DNA from: Lobosporangium transversale
Taxonomy: Eukaryota
Assembly (NCBI RefSeq): GCF_002105155.1
Contig: NW_019029012.1
Location: 124,001 to 188,000 of the forward strand
Direction: 5' to 3'
Length of the DNA stretch: 64,000 bases
Within the stretch, counting starts at the first letter, position 1; each line of letters opens with the position of its first letter. Positions 1 through 10,535 of the stretch are shown piece after piece. Made by a program: the position numbers and the translations under genes. The notes under the pieces were generated by a model. The model was not told the DNA's origin, made no database searches, and was given only the letters and a program-made list of their open reading frames with translations.

Positions 1-1490
1 GTGCCTCTGACAGTGCCAGAGCTCCTTCATCCGTAATGTCGTTGTGTGCCAAGTCTAGAGTGATTAAAGTTGCGTTGCTCTTGAGTATCTCTGACAGTGC
101 TAGAGCTCCTTCCTCCTTAATATAGTTATGTGCCAAGTCTAGAGCGGTTAAAGTTGTGTTGGTCTTGAGTGCCTCTGACAGTGCCAGAGCTCCTTCATCC
201 TTAATAAAGTTGTGTGCCAAGTCTAGAGTAGTTAATGTTGTGTTGGTCTTGAGTGCCTCTGACAGTACCAGAGCTCCTTCATCCGTAATCTTGTTCTGTG
301 CCAACTCTAGAGTGGTTAATGTTGTGTTGGTCTTGAGTGCCTCTGACAGTGCCAGAGCTCCTTTATCCTTAATGTTGTTGTTTGCCAAGACCAGACTGGT
401 TAAAGTTGTGTTGATTTTGAGTGCCTCTGACAGTACAAGAGCTCGTTCATCCCCAATGAATTTTTTACGAAAGTCCAACCTGGTCAGTGTCGTGCTCTTT
501 GACAGCATCAGAGCTACTTTTTTCGCATACGAACTACACTCCATGCCCAGAATGGTCGAAGTTGTGTTGACCTTAAGTGCCTCCGACAGTTCAATAGCCC
601 CTCTTTCCCCAATTGGGTTGCTCGATAAGTCCAGAGTGGTTAAAGTTCTGTTGGATTCGAGTACCGATGACAGCATCGTTGCCGCTTCATCTCCAATAAA
701 GTTGTTCATCAAGTCCAGAGTGGTTAAAGTTCTGTTGGATAAGAGTGCCTTTGACAGTTCAATAGCCCCTTCACTCCCAATAAAGTTATTCATCAAGTCC
801 AGAGTGGTCAAAGTTGTGTTGGTCATAAGTACCTCAGACAGTGCACGAGCTCCTTCATACCTAATTGAGTTTCCAGCCAAGCTCAAAGTGCTTAAAGTTA
901 TGTTGGCCTTAAGTGCCTCTGAGAGTGCAAGCACCCCCTTATCCCTAATTTTGTTGCCCGTCAAGTCCAAAGTGCTTAAAGTGCCGTTGATCTGAAGTGC
1001 TATTGAGAGTGAACTAGCCCCATCAGATTCAATTAAGTTACCCGTCAAGTTCAAGGTGATTAAAGTTTTGTTGATCTTAAGCGCCACTGAGAGTACACCA
1101 GTCCCTTTATCCCCAATTAAGTTGTCCGTCAAGTCCAAAGTGCTTAAAGCTCTGTTAGCCATAAGTGCCTCAGATAGTGCACGAACTCCTTCATGCCCAA
1201 TTGAGTTTCTCGTCAAGTTCAGAGTGGTTAAAGTTTTGTTGATCTTAAGTGCCTTTGAGAGTACATGAGTCCCTTCATCCCCAATTGAGTTGCCCGTCAA
1301 GTCCAAAGCGCTTAAAGCTCTGTTGGTCTCAAGCGCCTTTGACAGTGCAAGGGCTCCTTCCTTCCCAACTGAGCTGTCTGTTAAGTCTAACATAGTTAAG
1401 GTTGTATTATTTTTGAGTTCTTCTGATAGTGCACGAACTGCTTCCTCTCCAATCGAGCTGTCTGTCAAGGCTAAAGCGGTGAAATAGCTG
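1..1490 (-). repeat. Tandem 84-bp (28-aa) LRR-coding repeats
   Basis: Motif GTGCCTCTGACAGT(G/A)CCAGAGCTCCTT recurs at ~2, 170, 254 and 338 (84-bp period), with more diverged units up to ~1490. Confidence 0.92.
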
Positions 1491-3233
1491 ATAGTCTTAA
1501 GCGTCCCGGGAAATTTAGAGGGCGCTCCCTTCCCAATTAAGCTATTCTTCAAGCCCAAGGCGAGTAAAGCTGCTTTGGTCTTGAGTGGGCTTCCAGGTAC
1601 TTGAGATACACTTGCTACGTTGCTCCAAGGGCTTATCTCAATGGTTAAGTTATGAGGGTGCGGTGGTGTCTCGGGTCGTAGAGCGGAATCTTTTATGAAA
1701 TTTGATGGTAGAACAATATGAATCATTTTCATATTTTTAAGTCTCATGATGCGAGCAAGTATTTCATATCGCATGGATCTTTTGAGTAGTGGCCGGTTGA
1801 TGCCTTCTTGAAACGATCCAAGTTCAAGCCTAAGAATCGATACACTTGACTTCTTTAGTGCATACTCAAATGCTTTAAGTTCAGTCTTGGTCCAGTCACA
1901 GCTGAGTGTGATATCCAGTTCATAAACACAGCTTATCTCGGTCAGGGCTTTGAAGAAGTATTTCGCTTCAGTCCTTGATTCCAATACGTAAACCAATTTA
2001 CCAAGATGCGAGTCATATTTCCAGCCATCCATCATTATATTTGGAGAGGTTCGATATCCTTTTTCATGATACACGGCAAGATAGTGGTTCAGACAAACCC
2101 ATTTGACATGCCCTGCTTCTGTCATGATCCTATGCAAGTTGCCACGTTGCTCTTCATCATCGATTTGAAGGAATGTGCTCAGCTGTTGGAGATCTACTAC
2201 TTCAAGTTCCTCATAGTCGTCGATTGAGTTGATGTTTTTCAAGATTGGATATTCAATAGTGAGCGCCATCATATACTCGATTGAATGATTGATAGCATCG
2301 ACCAGAGGGGCCGGGGGCTTCTCCAACTTGAGCCATTGTAAAAGGATGAGTATGTACGTTCCGTACTTGTGGAAGAACTCCATTCTATTTTGAATCTCAT
2401 ATCCTTCATGTTTAGCAAGATGGATTTGTTCCTGGTCGCTCTTGCCTGTCTTTACGGTATGATCCTCTCCTTCACACAGGAAATGAAGGCGGAGCTTGTT
2501 CCTCAAGATATCCGATGAATCCCACCTGGCGGTGCCGACGGGCAAAACTATAAATAATCGAGGGATTGGACAATCGTGTAGCTCAACACTCTGGGCAAGG
2601 ATAGCATTAGCATGCTTTTGAAGGATAGTAAGTCTGTCGCGTGCTTGATGTTGCGAAGTAACTGTCTCCAATTGCAGTTTAAGCATCTCCGAACGCGCTT
2701 TAAGTATTTCGTCGTCCTTCTCTGTAGTCTCCAATAGCCCTTTAATCTGTTCAAGCTCTTGTTGTGGGCAATAAGGGATGGGGCAATAAGAGATGAATGG
2801 GAAGATTGAGCAAATTTTGATAGTGATAATAAAAGATCATGGGAGGCCAGATTACTGTTGCTGTTGCTGTTACCGAACTGGGGTACTTCTGTAATCACGT
2901 CCAGGATCTTGTAAGGATGGTATGCAATACGCGCAGGTTCGATTCTTGTAGAATAAAAAAGATGTGTTAAATCGGGGTTTCTCATTTTCTTTATCAAAAG
3001 GACATTAAGCACCATGGTAGAATAATATACCTGTTGCCATCAGGGTCTTCAAGGAATGGGATGGGAATCCCATCCAATTTGAACTGCAGTGCATCTGGAA
3101 ACACGACTCGAATGTCTTGCAAGCTCACATAATATAGCGAGCCGTTGTCATTGTTGGCGGAGGTAGTAGTCCTGACACGAACTCCTTCAATGGTGTCGGC
3201 AAGCCGGAATTGTTGGTATTCAGATTCACTCAT
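1..3233 (-). CDS. Large RNI/NLRC3-type leucine-rich repeat protein with a small N-terminal header domain, a short coiled coil and a Roco/TRN1-C-terminal-like domain; 3' end runs off the window start
   Basis: ATG at 3233 (MSESEYQQFRL...). GT-AG intron 3030-2945 joins GN|RIEPARIAYHP. A long frame (~2835 to 1, absent from the ORF track because it has no stop in the window) reads QELEQIKGLL...CPIPRLFIVLP...KLRLHFLCE...IHLAKHEGYEI...GNLHRIMTEAGHVKWVCLNHY, then ~17 28-aa repeats (LTTLDLAHNxIxDEGALALSEALKTNTT). A frame change between ~2870 and ~2760 needs a second intron or a frameshift. Confidence 0.85.
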
Positions 3234-3326
3234 TTCGGTGGATGTTCGCTTGATGACAGAATGGAGGGCCTTATTTCTCTTGACCTTTTATTTATTCAAC
3301 TTCGCCGCCTGGACTGATTGACTTCC

Positions 3327-3357
<31 letters not shown>

Positions 3358-3480
3358 GCAGCCAACATGCTTACCCCCTTTCCACGAAAACAAGAAGCAG
3401 CTTCTACTGTTTCAAAAAAAAAAAAAAAAAAAAAAAAAGTGTTTGTGTGAGAAAGAGAAAAAGAAAAAGAAAGGCATCCC

Positions 3481-3744
3481 ATGGCAAGGAGTCTAATCTC
3501 CACTACGAAGAGCGACATTGTCGTTGACAGGTCGCCACTTGTGGAGCAATATTTACCAAAAATACAGAAGCAAGCTTCAACTTCAAAAACATCGGTCTCA
3601 TCTTCGTCTTCTGCAAAAGTATCACCAGCTGAGAGTAATGAGCCCAAGTTGACGAAGAAACAAATCCTACTAAAGAAAAATATTGAGCTGCATAAAGTAT
3701 ATGTGGTCCTGGACTGGACAATGACTCATACCGATATCTTTTAG
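3481..3744 (+). CDS. Possible small K/S-rich hypothetical protein or gene fragment, divergent from the LRR gene
   Basis: 87-aa ATG ORF with protein-like composition and a possible donor (AAA|GTATAT ~3697) plus a downstream ACTAAC...TAG acceptor. No recognisable domain. Confidence 0.25.
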   Translation: MARSLISTTKSDIVVDRSPLVEQYLPKIQKQASTSKTSVSSSSSAKVSPAESNEPKLTKKQILLKKNIELHKVYVVLDWTMTHTDIF

Positions 3745-3986
3745 AGAGGTTTTGTCAATTATAAGCCTACTACTTAATAAACCTTTTGTAATAGATAGCG
3801 GACTAACCAAAATGGCGTCGGTATAGGTCTACTTTTAATTTTTATTTTTATTGAGCTGCGCTGGTATAGTGAATTGAATCGTGGTTAGTAAAAGTGAGAA
3901 AATAAAGGAACTAGAAGTAAAACAGGGATGTTCAAATGACATTGATGCATATTCATTTAATACTCTAAGACAAGAGATTAACGCAG

Positions 3987-6900
3987 TTATTGTCGCTGTT
4001 GCCTTGTGCTATGGAGTAACAGCTTCTTGAGGTCCTGCAGCTGCTCCTCCAATCGCTCTACACGTGCATCCATAACGATACGTTTCTCCGTCCTCTTATT
4101 GGTGTTAGCATCCAACTTTTCTTGATACGCTTTCACCTGTTGGGTAGTCGCCGTGAAATAGATTTCCCTTGGGAAACAATCGTACGCCTTTCGGTAACCT
4201 GGGATATGATAGGACATATTTTCAGCTGTCTCAATGTATTGCATACGTGCTTCAACCCATGCCAATCGCCATCCATCATCGCCCTTTGAGAATGCCACAT
4301 TGATAAGCGCTAGAGCGAGATATTAATAAAAGGCACAAGTACAAATAAAAGCAAAATAAGGAATAAGCTCCCTCTCAATAATTAATTATTAAAGCTAATG
4401 GTAGTTATAATAATGACGAAGATCAAACGATAAAGAAAAAAATCTGATCAAAGAAGTTATACCAATAAGCACGTTCAACATTAAGATGACCGTGAAGAAA
4501 AAGAATAGCATTAGCATAAAATGGACTGGCCAATCTTGAGAAGAAAGTTTAGAGTTAAAAGGCTCATATCGGCCGCCCTATATTATGAAAAATAGCGTAA
4601 GCCATCAAATAGAGGGCATGGATATTACGAGAAAGACTGCGTCAATATGCATATCCAAAACGAAAATATGCTAAAAAAATAAAACTAAAATAGAAAAAAG
4701 CTTACCAACATGAAGTACGTTCCTGACAATGCACCTAAGAAATTGATAGGTAAATCTCCTTCTTTTTCTACTCTCTCACATCCGCTTGTCGGGCAGGCAT
4801 GAAGTAGGTGTAATATCCCAATCGTGAATGTAATGACTCCTGCCGCAAAGATCCCAAAGAAGACTTGAATCTCCTTAATAGCCTGTTGAATAATCGTCAC
4901 ATATTTACACACCATCTCGATGACCCTGAGCTCAAAAAGCTACTTAAAATGAAGTTGAATAAAAAAAAAAAAAAAAAAAAAGAAGAAAGGACGGTGTTAA
5001 AAAATTTCGTATTTATCCATTAGAAGTATGAAGAATTAAATCATCACCACCATACAGCTATACAGCTACCTAAAAGAATAAAGAAAAGAAAATACAAGCA
5101 TATTACCATGTGCAAGAAGACAGTCAGGACCGAGAAACTGACAAGCCTGGTATTTCCATGTTGATCGTCACTGAAAATGACAACTAATTGATGGATACCA
5201 GCAGCCATAGGTATTAAAAATGCCAACATATCAATCGAATTATATATTGATCTAGATGTCAAGAATATTGAACAAAGAAATAACGCCAAGGCCCAAATAG
5301 CTCTCAATAATAATAATAATAAAACATTCCAAGAAGCAAATTCAATAACTGGTCGACAGAAAACCCATGTTCATCTTACTTTCTGTATTTTTCCCAACCC
5401 TGATACGCTTGTAAAGCTTCGAGCCATATAAAGAAGACGGACATGACGATAATAGCAATCGAAAATTCAGCGATTGGGGTGGGATCATTACCAGTATAAT
5501 ACACTTGCAAGAAAGCGAGTACAAGGATTAGAATATAATAAAAGCATTGGAATACGAATCTCTTAAGCCAATGAGAGAACCCAATCGTATTCCTATTTAA
5601 ATTGTCGTGACAGGGCCAGATGCTTAGTCAATACGCATTAAGGCCAATAATAACAGCGTAAAAAATAAAATAAAACATAAAGATTGACCACTGATAACCT
5701 TACCATTTGTATGTGACCAAAGCCGCAATGGCTGGGTTTTCAAAAAAAGCCAGATCAAATTTGTAAGATTTAATATATATTCGGGTTTCGAGGCGCAGCT
5801 TAAGAAGAAACATATGATACATATGATACAGCGACTTCCACCTTGGCGCGCCTCGTACTATCGTATTTGGTTCGACCTGCTCTGTGGGGCATTTAGAACA
5901 CGATGATTTCTTATCCAAGTCAGCTTGGCCACTTTCTTCATTGGTTGTATCATCGCGGTAGAACCACAATGCATCAAAAGAGGCCATGAACACTGAATCT
6001 GTAAACAAGTCATTTTTGGGGTCTCGTAGCTTGGCTGACACATGTAGTTGCATAATCGGATCCGTTACTTTGGGCAGAGTTAATGATGGTGGCTGCCAGA
6101 ATTTGAGTCGACACATTGGTGGGTAGGCGATTTTGTGATTATCGATAATATAGGACCGTTCCGTAGCTGGAATATATGCTATTTGCTTAAAAGAGGCGAA
6201 CGCTTGCTCCGGGAACATAACCATGACTTGCTCCATCGACCTAAATATGGGAGTCAAGAATGAGAGGTTACGAGAGCTGTTGGCATGACTGACACAATAG
6301 TCCATAATCACTTTGGCAGTACCAATGGCCGTAGGCTGCCTCTTTCCGGTCTGGAGAAGCTTTTTAAGAGGGTCATGCGGTTCATGGATGGTACATGTCC
6401 TGGATCCCGGGATCCAAGTGATTTTTGTTAGGGGTAGCAACTCCTTCATAATCTGCTCCAAAAAGCTTCGATTCTCATATGTCCAAAAATCACATAGCGT
6501 GGAAATACATGAGATTGGGTTCACAGGATCGTAAGAGGATGGTCGAATAAGGGTCTTGAGGTACTGAATCATGGCTTCCTGGCATGAAGTATCGCCATCG
6601 ATATACATGTTTATAACATTGCTAATGCCTTGAGAAATCCGATTCTCTTCTGAGATACCGAGGTCATCCACAGAAGAATAGGGGTAGGTGAGCGTCTTGC
6701 CTTCATAAGTCTCATAATTCTTTTTTGGGTTCGCTGGATCCTTGAGTTCTTCGCAATATGGTCTAGACAAAAATTCTAAAGCAAACTGACTCTCATCTTC
6801 GCTAGCCTTGACACTGGAGATCATGTTGACACGAGGACTAGCGTCTTCCCGGAGTGCCCACACAAGCTCTAGCCTCGCAACCTCAGATGAGTCTGACTCA

Positions 6901-9656
6901 GTCTCTTCGATCAATCGCCACACTTGAATACATAAATCTGTCATCATCACAAGGCGCGAGGCTACTTGAAAAAACATGCAAGAATGATTTAAATGGGAAG
7001 GGCCTAAGGGTATTGCCAGACTTGTACCTTTTTTCGTGGTCGGATCTAAAAGTGAGGACGAAAGGGATACAGAAGGATGAAGCTGCTGTTCTGCAGCTGA
7101 GATGGCACGCGTAATGTTGGCGATGGTCAACTTAGTCCCACGGCGTTCTGCAGTGCTGGCGGTCACAGTGAATCTAGAACCAGGGACCGATATTATTTCC
7201 CATGTGCAATTGTGGGTAAGTAGCACATGTTCTACTTTGTCTAACTCTTCCCTGTAATTAATAGCACATGAAGTAATGGCATCAGTATCCATCTTGACGA
7301 TGCTTATAACGGGTCCCTATTGGTACAACGAGGATAAGTAAAGAAAGAGCCGATGTTAGTTATAAATAGACATATATACTTCTACCAACTTTTTTCATCA
7401 AAAGAAGCAAATTCGTTTATCCCCACCTCTCGATAGACAAAGGTCTGATCTTTCAAAGGGCTCGGAAAGTCGAATCTATAGTCCTTATGGATTGAGCTTG
7501 AGAAGGTCCGGATGGTCTTCATGTCACGTATTCTAATGACCTTGCACTCAATATTTCGATGTTCTGTATCATTAGAGGAATCCTGATAAAAAGCCATAAA
7601 GGTCTCAAGACCCATCGCCACTTCAAATTGTTTATCCACTCTTTGATTATCGGTATAGTCGCCAAGGTGTATACCCGAGAATGTCTCATATATACTAACG
7701 CGCCCCTTAACAGATATTGCCGCCAGTGACCCATCACTAGATAAACTGACAGATGGCTCAGCGTCGCTGCTGGCGACTTTAATATATGAGACCTGCTTCA
7801 TCCTTGCGATGTCCCAGAAAGCCACCACGCCTCCATTGCCAGTCCATGCAAAGTAGTTGCTGCGTAAGCTCGTAAGGAATCTTGATGCAGCCTCCAGATT
7901 TTGTTCCGCTGTCATATCTAGAGTGTTGATTAGTGTCCATGGGGTACCAGCACTAGCAGTCCTGTAGACTGAAATTGAGAATCCGTCGCAAGCGATATAG
8001 TACTCATTCATGTTTCCTTGGTTGTCACTGAGTGAGTATGAATGGAACTTCCCATGGCCGTAAAAGCCTTGAAGGTTCTTGCAAACATTCTCTAATCGCA
8101 ATTCTCTAGAAGATGGGATAGGAGGGAAATGGCTGATATGACATGGCATTGTATTGTTTGGGCTCTCAGGCATGCCTGGTGACCTAGTTAATGTAGAAGG
8201 CTTTGCTATCGGCTCAAAAGAGTGAATGATGACATATTCTCCTGACTCTGATACTGATAAGGAAATATTAATTGAACCAGGGCGACTGACTTTAGCTGGG
8301 ACTTTATCCTCTCGTGCAATCGGAACGGCGCGTTTCTCTGATGCAACAAGTGACCAGAGTTCAATGATACCTTGACCATCTTTAGTGAAGCACAGTGTCG
8401 CGGCATACGATCCACTGGAGTTCAGTGCATATGAGTGTATTTTCTTATTTCTATTCCGTGTATCATTATCGCTATAGCTCACATCGATGATATGATGAGG
8501 CTCGAATCCACCATACAACACAACATCTACATAGTATCGTCAAAAAATTTGTTGTCAAACGAGAACCGTGAGTGTCTTCCCGATAGGTTGGATTTGTAAC
8601 GTGGAAATGGTTACTCTAAGAATGACTCTCTTACTTGGTGGTTCTGTGTGTCCTACGTCTAATTCAACGTAATGTAATACCAAGCTCACCCCTGTGTTGA
8701 TCGAGAGCTCGATATCCTCATCAGTTTCAACCTCAACTTGCTGATGTAGCATTAATCTCGTAAACTCCTCCCTTTCTGAAACCGAAGTTCGGCGAGGCCA
8801 AAGAGAGCTGATGTTAACACTATAGAGGGTACCGTAAAGTCATTGACCTTTTATAGACATTAATGCCGATCAATGCTACATACCAATTTGACGGATTTCA
8901 TCAAATCTTGCAACAGTGGTGCGTCTTTTTACCTAGTTGCACCATAAGGTAGACACATACATCAGAACCAGTCGGAAGTGTAGCCATGTATATATCACTA
9001 GTAGGAGAGTAGTAGAAAAGAGAGGAAGCGACTTGACGGATACTTACGGGATACAGACCACGTCGGCTGCGATCAAGCTGTTTTGCTTCGATTTGCAGCG
9101 TATCTGACTCGTGAGTAAATCCAGGACTGAGAGTCACGCCAAGTATTATAGAGTACCAACCAGGAGTAATTCCTCGTACCTTAAGTAAGCGCTAGCGACA
9201 AATAATTGATAAATAAAATGATGATCAAAACGGCCTCATAGATACATGTTGCTACATACAATATTGTTGCTGGCATTACCTTCCAATTAATATTGGGTGG
9301 AACAACTACGGTTGGTTTGCTGACGGCCCCTCCTGACTCTGATGATTGTTCAAAGTACCATCGCATACCTGGTATTTCGTTCACATTTGGATAGAATATT
9401 AGGGCATCATCGATACAGGCAAACATATATAGCATGGCTCAAGGAATATGCGTGGGATTTTGTACAAGTCGTCTGGATTCGAGATTTCTCCACCTTGATT
9501 CGATTCTGAGGCCAAAGCAGGTGTATCATTGTTGTTAATGGATAAAATAATATGCCTTGAATTTTGTCTGAGGTTCAGTGGTGGTGCTGGCGATGAAGCA
9601 TTCGAGAGAAGCGGTCTAGCTAGTCCTGCAGAACCATTTCCCAGGCCGGCGTCCAT
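3987..9656 (-). CDS. TRP-like cation channel with N-terminal WD40-like beta-propellers, paralog A (12 exons, short N-tail)
   Basis: Spliced product includes propeller-like exons 8521-7382 and 7292-5700, then FFENPAIAALVTYKW|NTIGFSHWLKRF (S1), WLEALQ (S2), SIYNSIDMLAF (S3), LFELRV..VCKYVTII (S4-S5 linker), pore ALSGTYFML|GGRYEP, S6 FFFFTVILMLNVLI|ALINVAF and a C-terminal coiled coil. GT-AG junctions checked in frame (e.g. 5107/4939, 4706/4577, 4463/4309). The first intron donor is unclear. Confidence 0.85.
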
Positions 9657-10415
9657 AACGGTAAATCGGAGAGTTGAGCAATAGGATATTGATGTAGCAG
9701 ATGACGTTGAAGAAAAATAATGGATTCAGCTAAAGAGTTGAGAGAAGAGAAAGAGAAGAGAAGAGAAGAAAAGAAAAGAGAAGAAAGAAAAATACTTCGC
9801 CAAAAAATCGGTTCGATTAATTTTTTTGTGAGACATTTTCCGTTGACAACTAGACACTCACTCAAACTCTACATGTACTAAATCGAGCGCACTTTCTGTA
9901 TCTTGAATAAGATAGTTCGTTACATTATGGCTAGTTATCAAAACCAAAAGTGATAGTGAATGACACTTTGCTCCATTTTAATCCTCGGAGCAATGAGAAT
10001 GAGTAATTTCGTTTTCAATTGCTTCTCACTCAGCCCCGATAAAATCATGGTTGAAAAATGACAATATCGAATCCTGAACGGACAAAATACTTTCTACTCG
10101 TCGATCAAGGTGACGAAAAAAAAAAAAAGATTGTCCCAAGGTTGCTTCGGTAGTAGGATTCTTAATTTTGATTTTAAGGAAAAGCTTTTTAGAATTACGA
10201 TCAGTGCAGGATAATTCCAAATGAGCACAGTACATACACATATTGCGTCGGTAAAGTTCCCATTTTCACCAAAATGCGTCTAACATACTCCAAGGTATAT
10301 GTAGGTGACAAAGAGTCAAGTACTGATAGAAAAAAATAAAGTTAAACAGTTGTTTCATAAGATCATCATATTTGCTGTATTTCTGCTTGATCTCATAGAT
10401 TGACGATCTGATCTT

Positions 10416-10454
<39 letters not shown>

Positions 10455-10535
10455 CCCTCTCTTATTTATAGGAAGGCACGTTCATTTTAATGTTTTAAGG
10501 TTTAAGACTGAGTTGGCTGGGGTAGAGTAGGGCAG

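Noticed and set aside
156..1487. Plus-strand repetitive ORFs (279, 70 and 65 aa)
   Set aside because: They are antisense shadows of the minus-strand LRR repeats; the minus frame gives a canonical LRR consensus.
1..1490. Regularly spaced repeats as a possible CRISPR array
   Set aside because: The units are contiguous 84-bp in-frame coding repeats with no unique spacers or cas genes, in a eukaryotic context.
2548..2760. C-terminal half of the 155-aa ORF 2548-3015
   Set aside because: It is out of frame with the conserved-looking domain, which is encoded in the overlapping minus frame.
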